Assembly: GCA_965655095.1 (NCBI GenBank)
Contig: OZ296654.1
Location: 12,462,001-12,526,000, forward strand
From: Haplodiscus bocki
Taxonomy: Eukaryota
Reading direction: 5' to 3'
Length of the DNA stretch: 64,000 nt
Part shown: positions 51,701-64,000 of the stretch, piece by piece
Position numbering within the stretch: position 1 is the first letter of the stretch
Layout of the letters: each line of letters opens with the position of its first letter
Program-made: the position numbers and the translations under genes
Notes under the pieces: generated by a model
Databases searched by the model: none
Seen by the model: the letters and a program-made list of their open reading frames with translations, nothing else
Told to the model about the DNA's origin: nothing

Positions 51701-54700
51701 AGAAGCAAAACACTCTGCGTTTCCCGGTGACTTCAAATTGAATCCGTGATGTGCTGAAGGAGTCGGAAGACGGCGTGAACTCGACTTCTTCCGCTCTTCA
51801 TGTTGGTTTCTCGTTTTTCGGTTCCTAGCCTCTTATTGCAGCAAGAAAGTGTGTTTTTTGAAAGGAGCTGTGTGCTCGAGCAAATTTTCAGAAACAAAAA
51901 CCTAGGTCAACATTGTTGGCGGTACCTATAAGTGGGAGCTCAACGCGTATTCATTGTTCCAGGACAAAGGAACTGATAGAATTGATTGGTTTTTGATGAT
52001 TGGCTGCGCAGTCTTTGGCTGTTACTGGCTTGGGATTTATTTTGAAAGTTTACGGGATTAATAGCTTCATGCAATGAGTTATATGAGAAGTAAAAGAAAT
52101 CAGAGCAAGTTGTCAGACTTCCTGCTCTGATTTCTTTTACTTCTTCGGAGTTGTCTTCGGTTTTGAAATTTATCGCGACAGTATATGATAGAAATGAAGC
52201 CCAAATGTACAATTAAATCAGTTCAAGTAACTCTCATGCAAACAATCTGTAAGCGTTTCCTCTCAGTTTGATTTGTTGGATGTTAATGTTTCAAGACGGC
52301 GCTTCAATATAGAGCTCAAAGAGAGCGTGCTCAGGCATAAAATAAACCGGGCTGGGAATATAATGAAGAATCTGCATCAGTGAACAAACTGTGCTTTTCA
52401 AAAGCAGGATGTTCGAACACTTGTCTAAAATTTTGAATCCAGCTCGTACATACTGATCAACTTTATCCTCGTTCTAACGTAGACTTCTCTTTGAGGAAAT
52501 CAATATCAACATGCAACAAGTTTTTGATCACGAAAACAATTGATGAAGACTACCAAAGTTAAACGGAACTTGAGAACGTAGGAGGGCAGGTGAATTGCGA
52601 CGCAACTTGTTTGAAACATAGAGTGCAATATGTCAGTTCCTTTCTTCAAGTAGGTTTTTCCCAATTTTGTGAGTTGATGCAATTCGAGTCAGTTTAAGTA
52701 CACATAAAGCGTTTGGCATTTTTGTTAGTACGAGTTGAATCAGAAAGATTCAGATTTGGGCCGTCCACTAGGATTTTTTTACATGACCCGGTGTGTTGTC
52801 TACCGCTAGTCTGCAAATAACTCGCTAACTCAAAATTATACAAGACAACTTTATATCACTATTTGATCCTACAGCCTTTCCATTGAGAACCGAATGCAGA
52901 CTCAACCGAGAAACGTACCCTTTCTATATTTGTAGTTACTAAAAAGAAGCCCTTACTTGATGGACGTCTTTTTGTCGAAATCGAGATATGGCAAGTAGCA
53001 CAAAACTACTCATGAAGATCCTGTGATAAATATTGTGGACAAAAAGTCCTATTCCAAGTTAAAATGCGACTTTGAGCTCGGGTTTGCTGATATAATAAAC
53101 TTTGCATATTAGCGGTGTCTCTTCTAACCTTTGTTATGGAATTTGGCAATTAAATTTTCAAGAATTTGTGAAACCAATCTAATTCTTTTCATTTCTTTGA
53201 TTACTTTGAGCAATTGATTACTATGACACTGCGTTTCTAATTTCAATCCCATTCAGAATGTTTGAAAATGGCAATCAATATTTTTGGAAGACGTGAGGTC
53301 TCGAGTTTTATCGGAAAAACTCATGCGGACTGGAAGTGGGCTCAGGCTTTGGCACATTGAACGCCACTCCAAGTGGAAGCAGGTATTCTTACGTGTTGTC
53401 CTAGTATATTCTGACAACTCCAGAGCTGAAAATGTAGAAAATCCAGAAGCAAAACACTGTGCGTTTCCCGGTGACTTCAAATTGAATCCGTGATGTGCTG
53501 AAGGAGTCGGAAGACGGCGTGAACTCGACTTCTTTCGCTCTTCATGTTGGTTTCTCGTTTTTCGGTTCCTAGCCTCTTATTGCAGCAAGAAAGAGTTTTT
53601 CGAAAGGAGCTATGTGCTCGAGCAGTTTTTCAAAAACAAAAACCAGGTCAACATTGTTGGCGGCACCTATAAGTGGGAGCTCAATGCGTATTGATTGTTC
53701 CAGGACAAAGGAACTGATAGAATTCATTGGTTTTTGATGATTGGCTGCGCAGTCTTTGGCTGTTACTGGCTTGGGATTTATTTTGAAAGTTTACGGGATT
53801 AATAGCTTCATGCAATGAGTTATATGAGAAGTAAAAGAAATCAGAGCAAGTTGTCAGACTTCCTGCTCTGATTTCTTTTACTTCTTCGGAGTTGTCTTCG
53901 GTTTTGAAATTTATCGCGACAGTATATGATAGAAATGAAGCCCAAATGTACAATTAAATCAGTTCAAGTAACTCTCATGCAAACAATCTGTAAGCGTTTC
54001 CTCTCAGTTTGATTTGTTGGATGTTAATGTTTCAAGACGGCGCTTCAATATAGAGCTCAAAGAGAGCGTGCTCAGGCATAAATTAAACCGGGCTGGGAAT
54101 ATAATGAAGAATCTGCATCAGTGAACAAACTGTGCTTTTCAAAAGCAGGATGTTCGAACACTTGTCTAAAATTTTGAATCCAGCTCGTACATACTGATCA
54201 ACTTTATCCTCGTTCTAACGTAGACTTCTCTTTGAGGAAATCAATATCAACATGCAACAAGTTTTTGATCACGAAAACAATTGATGAAGACTACCAAAGT
54301 TAAACGGAACTTGAGAACGTAGGAGGGCAGGTGAATTGCGACGCAACTTGTTTGAAACATAGAGTGCAATATGTCAGTTCCTTTCTTCAAGTAGGTTTTT
54401 CCCAATTTTGTGAGTTGATGCAATTCGAGTCAGTTTAAGTACACATAAAGCGTTTGGCATTTTTGTTAGTACGAGTTGAATCAGAAAGATTCAGATTTGG
54501 GCCGTCCACTAGGATTTTTTTACATGACCCGGTGTGTTGTCTACCGCTAGTCTGCAAATAACTCGCTAACTCAAAATTATACAAGACAACTTTATATCAC
54601 TATTTGATCCTACAGCCTTTCCATTGAGAACCGAATGCAGACTCAACCGAGAAACGTACCCTTTCTATATTTGTAGTTACTAAAAAGAAGCCCTTACTTG

Positions 54701-57700
54701 ATGGACGTCTTTTTGTCGAAATCGAGATATGGCAAGTAGCACAAAACTACTCATGAAGATCCTGTGATAAATATTGTGGACAAAAAGTCCTATTCCAAGT
54801 TAAAATGCGACTTTGAGCTCGGGTTTGCTGATATAATAAACTTTGCATATTAGCGGTGTCTCTTCTAACCTTTGTTATGGAATTTGGCAATTAAATTTTC
54901 AAGAATTTGTGAAACCAATCTAATTCTTTTCATTTCTTTGATTACTTTGAGCAATTGATTACTATGACACTGCGTTTCTAATTTCAATCCCATTCAGAAT
55001 GTTTGAAAATGGCAATCAATATTTTTGGAAGACGTGAGGTCTCGAGTTTTATCGGAAAAACTCATGCGGACTGGAAGTGGGCTCAGGCTTTGGCACATTG
55101 AACGCCACTCCAAGTGGAAGCAGGTATTCTTACGTGTTGTCCTAGTATATTCTGACAACTCCAGAGCTGAAAATGTAGAAAATCCAGAAGCAAAACACTG
55201 TGCGTTTCCCGGTGACTTCAAATTGAATCCGTGATGTGCTGAAGGAGTCGGAAGACGGCGTGAACTCGACTTCTTCCGCTCTTCATGTTGGTTTCTCGTT
55301 TTTCGGTTCCTAGCCTCTTATTGCAGCAAGAAAGAGTTTTTCGAAAGGAGCTGTGTGCTCGAGCAATTTTTCAAAAACAAAAACCAGGTCAACATTGTTG
55401 GCGGCACCTATAAGTGGGAGCTCAATGCGTATTGATTGTTCCAGGACAAAGGAACTGACAGAATTGATTGGTTTTTGATGATTGGCTGCGCAGTCTTTGG
55501 CTGTTGCTGGCTTGTGATTTATTTTGAAAAATTACTGGATTAATAGCTTCATGCAATGAGTTATATGAGAAGCAAAAGAAATCAGAGCAAGTTGTCAGAC
55601 TTCTTGCTCTGATTTCTTTTACTTCTTCGGAGTTGTCTTCGGTTTTGAAATTTATCGCTACACTATATGATGCAAATGAAGCCCAAATGTACAATTAAAT
55701 GAGTTCAAGTAACTCTCATGCAAACAGTCTGTAAGCGTTTCCTCTCAGTTTGACTTGTTGGATGTTAATGTTTTAAGACGGCGCTTCAATATAGAGCTCA
55801 AAGAGAGCGTCCTCAGGCATAAATTGAACCGGGCTGGTAATATAATGAAGAATCTGCATCAGTGGACAAACTTTGCTTTTCAGAAGAAGGATGTTCGAAC
55901 ACTTGTCTAAAAATTTGAATCCAGCTCGTACATACTGCTCAACTTTATCCTCCTTCTAACGTAGACTTCTGTTTGAGGAGATCAATATCAACATGCAACA
56001 AGTTTTTGATCACGAAAACAATTGATGAAGACTACCGAAATTGAACGGAACTTGAGAACGTAGGAGGGCAGGTGAATTGCGACGCAACTTTTTTGAAACA
56101 TAGAGTGCAATATGTCAGTTCCTTTCTTCAAGTAGGTTTTTCCCAATTTTGTGAGTTGATGCAATTCGAGTCAGTTTAAGTACACATAAAGCGTTTGGCA
56201 TTTTTGTTAGTACGAGTAGAATGAGAAAGATTCAGATTTGGGCCGTCCACTAGGATTTTTTTACATGACCCGGTGTGTTGTCTACCGCTAGTCTGCAAAT
56301 AACTCGCTAACTCAAATTTATACAAGACAACTTTATATCACTATTTGATCCTACAGCCTTTCCATTGAGAACCGAATGCAGACTCAACCGAGAAACGTAC
56401 CCTTTCTATATTTGTAGTTACTAAAAAGAAGCCCTTACTTGATGGACGTCTTTTTGTCGAAATCGAGATATGGCAAGTAGCACAAAACTACTCATGAAGA
56501 TCCTGTGATAAATATTGTGGACAAAAAGTCCTATTCCAAGTTAAAATGCGACTTTGAGCTCGGGTTTGCTGATATAATAAACTTTGCATATTAGCGGTGT
56601 CTCTTCTAACCTTTGTTATGGAATTTGGCAATTAAATTTTCAAGAATTTGTGAAACCAATCTAATTCTTTTCATTTCTTTGATTACTTTGAGCAATTGAT
56701 TACTATGACACTGCGTTTCTAATTTCAATCCCATTCAGAATGTTTGAAAATGGCAATCAATATTTTTGGAAGACGTGAGGTCTCGAGTTTTACCGGAAAA
56801 ACTCATGCGGACTGGAAGTGGGCTCAGGCTTTGGCACATTGAACGCCACTCCAAGTCGAAGCAGGTATTCTTACGTGTCGTCCTAGTGTATTCTGACAAC
56901 TCCAGAGCTGAAAATGTAGAAAATCCAGAAGCAAAACACTCTGCGTTTCCCGGTGATTTCAAATTGAATCCGTGATGTGCTGAAGGAGTCGGAAGACGGC
57001 GTGAACTCGACTTCTTCCGCTCTTCATGTTGGTTTCTCGTTTTTCGGTTCCTAGCCTCTTATTGCAGCAAGAAAGTGTGTTTTTTGAAAGGAGCTGTGTG
57101 CTCGAGCAAATTTTCAGAAACAAAAACCTAGGTCAACATTGTTGGCGGTACCTATAAGTGGGAGCTCAACGCGTATTCATTGTTCCAGGACAAAGGAACT
57201 GATAGAATTGATTGGTTTTTGATGATTGGCTGCGCAGTCTTTGGCTGTTACTGGCTTGGGATTTATTTTGAAAGTTTACGGGATTAATAGCTTCATGCAA
57301 TGAGTTATATGAGAAGTAAAAGAAATCAGACCAAGCTGTCAGACTTCCTGCTCTGATTTCTTTTACTTCTTCGGAGTTGTCTTCGGTTTTGAAATTTATC
57401 GCTACAGTATATGATAGAAATGAAGCCCAAATGTACAATTAAATCAGTTCAAGTAACTCTCATGCAAACAATCTGTAAGCGTTTCCTCTCAGTTTGATTT
57501 GTTGGATGTTAATGTTTCAAGACGGCGCTTCAATATAGAGCTCAAAGAGAGCGTGCTCAGGCATAAAATAAACCGGGCTGGGAATATAATGAAGAATCTG
57601 CATCAGTGAACAAACTGTGCTTTTCAAAAGCAGGATGTTCGAACACTTGTCTAAAATTTTGAATCCAGCTCGTAGATACTGATCAACTTTATCCTCGTTC

Positions 57701-59200
57701 TAACGTAGACTTCTCTTTGAGGAAATCAATATCAACATGCAACAAGTTTTTGATCACGAAAACAATTGATGAAGACTACCAAAGTTAAACGGAACTTGAG
57801 AACGTAGGAGGGCAGGTGAATTGCGACGCAACTTGTTTGAAACATAGAGTGCAATATGTCAGTTCCTTTCTTCAAGTAGGTTTTTCCCAATTTTGTGAGT
57901 TGATGCAATTCGAGTCAGTTTAAGTACACATAAAGCGTTTGGCATTTTTGTTAGTACGAGTTGAATCAGAAAGATTCAGATTTGGGCCGTCCACTAGGAT
58001 TTTTTTACATGACCCGGTGTGTTGTCTACCGCTAGTCTGCAAATAACTCGCTAACTCAAAATTATACAAGACAACTTTATATCACTATTTGATCCTACAG
58101 CCTTTCCATTGAGAACCGAATGCAGACTCAACCGAGAAACGTACCCTTTCTATATTTGTAGTTACTAAAAAGAAGCCCTTACTTGATGGACGTCTTTTTG
58201 TCGAAATCGAGATATGGCAAGTAGCACAAAACTACTCATGAAGATCCTGTGATAAATATTGTGGACAAAAAGTCCTATTCCAAGTTAAAATGCGACTTTG
58301 AGCTCGGGTTTGCTGATATAATAAACTTTGCATATTAGCGGTGTCTCTTCTAACCTTTGTTATGGAATTTGGCAATTAAATTTTCAAGAATTTGTGAAAC
58401 CAATCTAATTCTTTTCATTTCTTTGATTACTTTGAGCAATTGATTACTATGACACTGCGTTTCTAATTTCAATCCCATTCAGAATGTTTGAAAATGGCAA
58501 TCAATATTTTTGGAAGACGTGAGGTCTCGAGTTTTATCGGAAAAACTCATGCGGACTGGAAGTGGGCTCAGGCTTTGGCACATTGAACGCCACTCCAAGT
58601 GGAAGCAGGTATTCTTACGTGTTGTCCTAGTATATTCTGACAACTCCAGAGCTGAAAATGTAGAAAATCCAGAAGCAAAACACTGTGCGTTTCCCGGTGA
58701 CTTCAAATTGAATCCGTGATGTGCTGAAGGAGTCGGAAGACGGCGTGAACTCGACTTCTTCCGCTCTTCATGTTGGTTTCTCGTTTTTCGGTTCCTAGCC
58801 TCTTATTGCAGCAAGAAAGAGTTTTTCGAAAGGAGCTGTGTGCTCGAGCAATTTTTCAAAAACAAAAACCAGGTCAACATTGTTGGCGGCACCTATAAGT
58901 GGGAGCTCAATGCGTATTGATTGTTCCAGGACAAAGGAACTGACAGAATTGATTGGTTTTTGATGATTGGCTGCGCAGTCTTTGGCTGTTGCTGGCTTGT
59001 GATTTATTTTGAAAAATTACTGGATTAATAGCTTCATGCAATGAGTTATATGAGAAGCAAAAGAAATCAGAGCAAGGTGTCAGACTTCTTGCTCTGATTT
59101 CTTTTACTTCTTCGGAGTTGTCTTCGGTTTTGAAATTTATCGCTACACTATATGATGCAAATGAAGCCCAAATGTACAATTACATGAGTTCAAGTAACTC
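48760..59200. repeat. Trimer higher-order repeat (X-Y-X)x2, period 5226 bp
   Basis: X units (TTTTATCGG, CAAGTGGAAG) have ORF starts at 49799, 53284, 55025 and 58510; Y units at 51540 and 56766. The private allele CTCAAATTTA occurs at 51091 and 56317 (+5226). Confidence 0.8.
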
Positions 59201-62200
59201 TCATGCAAACAGTCTGTAAGCGTTTCCTCTCAGTTTGACTTGTTGGATGTTAATGTTTCAAGACGGCGCTTCAATAGAGAGCTCAAAGAGAGCGTGCTCA
59301 GGCATAAAATAAACCGGGCTGGGAATATAATGAAGAATCTGCATCAGTGAACCAACTGTGCTTTTCAAAACCAGGATGTTCGAACACTTGTCTAAAAATT
59401 TGAATCCAGCTCGTACATACTGATCAACTTTATCCTCGTTCTAACGTAGACTTCTGTTTGAGGAAATCAATATCAACATGCAACAAGTTTTTGATCACGA
59501 AAACAAATGATGAAGACTACCAAAGTTAAACGGAACTTGAGAACGTAGGAGGGCAGGTGAATTGCGACGCAACTTGTTTGAAACATAGAGTGCAATATGT
59601 CAGTTCCTTTCTTCCAGTAGGTTTTTCTCAATTTTGTGAGTTGATGCAATTCGCGTCAGTTTACGTACACATAAAGCGTTTGGCATTTTTGTTAGTACGA
59701 GTTGAATCAGAAAGATTCAGATTTGGGCCGTCCACTAGGATTTTTTTACATGACCCGGTGTGTTGTGTACCGCTAGTCTGCAAATGACTCGCTAACTCAA
59801 AATTATACAAGACAACTTCATATCACTGTTTGATCCTACAGCCTTTCCATTGAGAACCGAATGCAGACTCAACCGAGAAACGTACCCCTTCTATATTTGT
59901 AGTTACTTAAACAAAGAAGCGCTTACCTGATGGACAATATTTTGTCGAAATCGAGATACGGCAAGTAGCACAAGACTACTCATGAAGATCCTGTGATAAA
60001 TATTGTGGACAAAAAGTTTTATTCCAAGTTAAAATGCGACTTTGAGCTCGGGTTTGCTGATATAATAAACTTTGCATAGTAGCGGTGTCTCTTCTAACCT
60101 TTGTTATGGAATTTGGCAATTAAATTTTCAAGAATTTGTGAAACCAATCTAATTCTTTTCATTTCTTTGATTACTTTGAGCAATTGATTACTATGACACT
60201 GCGTTTCTAATTTCAATCCCATTCAGAATGTTTGAAAATGGCAATCAATTTTTTTGGAAGACGTGAGGTCTCGAGTTTTACCGGAAAAACTCATGCGGAC
60301 TGGAAGTGGGCTCACGCTTTGGCACATTGAACGCCACTCCAAGTCGAAGCAGGTATTCTTACGTGTCGTCCTAGTATATTCTGACAACTCCAGAGCTGAA
60401 AATGTAAAAATCCAGCAGCAAAACACTCTGCGTTTCCCGGTGACTTCAAATTGAATCCGTGATGTGCTGAAGGAGTCGGAAGACGGCGTGAACTCGACTT
60501 CTTCCGCTCTTCATGTTGGTTTCTCGTTTTTCGGTTCCTAGCCTCTTATTGCAGCAAGAAAGAGTTTTTCGAAAGGAGCTGTGTGCTCGAGCAATTTTTC
60601 AAAAACAAAAACCAGGTCAACATTGTTGGCGGCACCTATAAGTGGGAGCTCAATGCGTATTGATTGTTCCAGGACAAAGGAACTGACAGAATTGATTGGT
60701 TTTTGATGATTGGCTGCGCAGTCTTTGGCTGTTGCTGGCTTGTGATTTATTTTGAAAAATTACTGGATTAATAGCTTCATGCAATGAGTTATATGAGAAG
60801 CAAAAGAAATCAGAGCAAGGTGTCAGACTTCTTGCTCTGATTTCTTTTACTTCTTCGGAGTTGTCTTCGGTTTTGAAATTTATCGCTACACTATATGATG
60901 CAAATGAAGCCCAAATGTACGATTACATGAGTTCAAGTAACTCTCATGCAAACAGTCTGTAAGCGTTTCCTCTCAGTTTGACTTGTTGGATGTTAATGTT
61001 TCAAGACGGCGCTTCAATAGAGAGCTCAAAGAGAGCGTGCTCAGGCATAAAATAAACCGGGCTGGGAATATAATGAAGAATCTGCATCAGTGAACCAACT
61101 GTGCTTTTCAAAACCAGGATGTTCGAACACTTGTCTAAAAATTTGAATCCAGCTCGTACATACTGATCAACTTTATCCTCGTTCTAACGTAGACTTCTGT
61201 TTGAGGAAATCAATATCAACATGCAACAAGTTTTTGATCACGAAAACAAATGATGAAGACTACCAAAGTTAAACGGAACTTGAGAACGTAGGAGGGCAGG
61301 TGAATTGCGACGCAACTTGTTTGAAACATAGAGTGCAATATGTCAGTTCCTTTCTTCCAGTAGGTTTTTCTCAATTTTGTGAGTTGATGCAATTCGCGTC
61401 AGTTTACGTACACATAAAGCGTTTGGCATTTTTGTTAGTACGAGTTGAATCAGAAAGATTCAGATTTGGGCCGTCCACTAGGATTTTTTTACATGACCCG
61501 GTGTGTTGTGTACCGCTAGTCTGCAAATGACTCGCTAACTCAAAATTATACAAGACAACTTCATATCACTGTTTGATCCTACAGCCTTTCCATTGAGAAC
61601 CGAATGCAGACTCAACCGAGAAACGTACCCCTTCTATATTTGTAGTTACTTAAACAAAGAAGCGCTGACCTGATGGACAATATTTTGTCGAAATCGAGAT
61701 ACGGCAAGTAGCACAAGACTACTCATGAAGATCCTGTGATAAATATTGTGGACAAAAAGTTTTATTCCAAGTTAAAATGCGACTTTGAGCTCGGGTTTGC
61801 TGATATAATAAACTTTGCATAGTAGCGGTGTCTCTTCTAACCTTTGTTATGGAATTTGGCAATTAAATTTTCAAGAATTTGTGAAACCAATCTAATTCTT
61901 TTCATTTCTTTGATTACTTTGAGCAATTGATTACTATGACACTGCGTTTCTAATTTCAATCCCATTCAGAATGTTTGAAAATGGCAATCAATATTTTTGG
62001 AAGACGTGAGGTCTCGAGTTTTACCGGAAAAACTCATGCGGACTGGAAGTGGGCTCACGCTTTGGCACATTGAACGCCACTCCAAGTCGAAGCAGGTATT
62101 CTTACGTGTCGTCCTAGTATATTCTGACAACTCCAGAGCTGAAAATGTAAAAATCCAGCAGCAAAACACTCTGCGTTTCCCGGTGACTTCAAATTCAATC

Positions 62201-64000
62201 CGTGATGTGCTGAAGGAGTCGGAAGACGGCGTGAACTCGACTTCTTCCGCTCTTCATGTTGGTTTCTCGTTTTTCGGTTCCTAGCCTCTTATTGCAGCAA
62301 GAAAGAGTTTTTCGAAAGGAGCTGTGTGCTCGAGCAATTTTTCAAAAACAAAAACCAGGTCAACATTGTTGGCGGCACCTATAAGTGGGAGCTCAATGCG
62401 TATTGATTGTTCCAGGACAAAGGAACTGACAGAATTGATTGGTTTTTGATGATTGGCTGCGCAGTCTTTGGCTGTTGCTGGCTTGTGATTTATTTTGAAA
62501 AATTACTGGATTAATAGCTTCATGCAATGAGTTATATGAGAAGCAAAAGAAATCAGAGCAAGGTGTCAGACTTCTTGCTCTGATTTCTTTTACTTCTTCG
62601 GAGTTGTCTTCGGTTTTGAAATTTATCGCTACACTATATGATGCAAATGAAGCCCAAATGTACGATTACATGAGTTCAAGTAACTCTCATGCAAACAGTC
62701 TGTAAGCGTTTCCTCTCAGTTTGACTTGTTGGATGTTAATGTTTCAAGACGGCGCTTCAATAGAGAGCTCAAAGAGAGCGTGCTCAGGCATAAAATAAAC
62801 CGGGCTGGGAATATAATGAAGAATCTGCATCAGTGAACCAACTGTGCTTTTCAAAACCCGGATGTTCGAACACTTGTCTAAAAATTTGAATCCAGCTCGT
62901 ACATACTGATCAACTTTATCCTCGTTCTAACGTAGACTTCTGTTTGAGGAAATCAATATCAACATGCAACAAGTTTTTGATCACGAAAACAAATGATGAA
63001 GACTACCAAAGTTAAACGGAACTTGAGAACGTAGGAGGGCAGGTGAATTGCGACGCAACTTGTTTGAAACATAGAGTGCAATATGTCAGTTCCTTTCTTC
63101 CAGTAGGTTTTTCTCAATTTTGTGAGTTGATGCAATTCGCGTCAGTTTACGTACACATAAAGCGTTTGGCATTTTTGTTAGTACGAGTTGAATCAGAAAG
63201 ATTCAGATTTGGGCCGTCCACTAGGATTTTTTTACATGACCCGGTGTGTTGTGTACCGCTAGTCTGCAAATGACTCGCTAACTCAAAATTATACAAGACA
63301 ACTTCATATCACTGTTTGATCCTACAGCCTTTCCATTGAGAACCGAATGCAGACTCAACCGAGAAACGTACCCCTTCTATATTTGTAGTTACTTAAACAA
63401 AGAAGCGCTTACCTGATTGACAATATTTTGTCGAAATCGAGATACGGCAAGTAGCACAAGACTACTCATGAAGATCCTGTGATAAATATTGTGGACAAAA
63501 AGTTTTATTCCAAGTTAAAATGCGACTTTGAGCTCGGGTTTGCTGATATAATAAACTTTGCATAGTAGCGGTGTCTCTTCTAACCTTTGTTATGGAATTT
63601 GGCAATTAAATTTTCAAGAATTTGTGAAACCAATCTAATTCTTTTCATTTCTTTGATTACTTTGAGCAATTGATTACTATGACACTGCGTTTCTAATTTC
63701 AATCCCATTCAGAATGTTTGAAAATGGCAATCAATATTTTTGGAAGACGTGAGGTCTCGAGTTTTACCGGAAAAACTCATGCGGACTGGAAGTGGGCTCA
63801 CGCTTTGGCACATTGAACGCCACTCCAAGTCGAAGCAGGTATTCTTACGTGTCGTCCTAGTATATTCTGACAACTCCAGAGCTGAAAATGTAAAAATCCA
63901 GCAGCAAAACACTCTGCGTTTCCCGGTGACTTCAAATTCAATCCGTGATGTGCTGAAGGAGTCGGAAGACGGCGTGAACTCGACTTCTTCCGCTCTTCAT
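59180..64000. repeat. Homogeneous monomer-period sub-array (1743 bp) with private alleles
   Basis: ATTACATGAG, TTTTCTCAATT, TGTGTACCG, CACAAGACT, CTCACGCTT and AAAATCCAGCAGC are found only here and recur every 1743 bp (ORFs at 59557, 61300, 63043). Confidence 0.9.

Larger units (their letters stand above)
6790..64000. repeat. Tandem macrosatellite, main segment (~33 monomers of 1699-1750 bp, all head-to-tail), running off the window end
   Basis: The anchor GCCCAAATGTAC(A/G)A ends at 7027, 8777, 10506, 12238, 13980, 15712, 17444, 19187, 20931, 22674, 24405, 26146, 27877, 29609, 31352, 33051, 34791, 36521, 38268, 40011, 41755, 43500, 45241, 46986, 48727, 50468, 52212, 53953, 55694, 57438, 59179, 60922 and 62665. 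Confidence 0.99.

Overview
About 95% of this window is one AT-rich, head-to-tail tandem array (macrosatellite) with a ~1.74-kb monomer (measured periods 1699-1750 bp). There are ~2.3 copies at 1-4007 and ~33 copies at 6790-64000. The copies are nearly identical, but they are patchworks of a few recurring allele blocks, with local dimer and trimer higher-order periodicity. I found no intact gene, RNA gene or CRISPR array; the short ORFs in the track recur only because the monomer recurs. The one interruption (4008-6789) is not a simple insertion, because there is no target-site duplication and the monomer register jumps. It consists of ~1.7 kb of unrelated sequence (a ~90-nt hairpin and three copies of a ~45-60-bp degenerate motif), followed by a strongly diverged, internally shortened relic of the monomer (~5700-6789) that runs in register into the modern array. 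Comparing relic with modern monomer suggests the satellite descends from a minus-strand protein-coding sequence, now broken by stops and frameshifts. One fragment carries a weak DDE-transposase-like motif. The context looks eukaryotic, but this is inference and I cannot name the organism or the protein.
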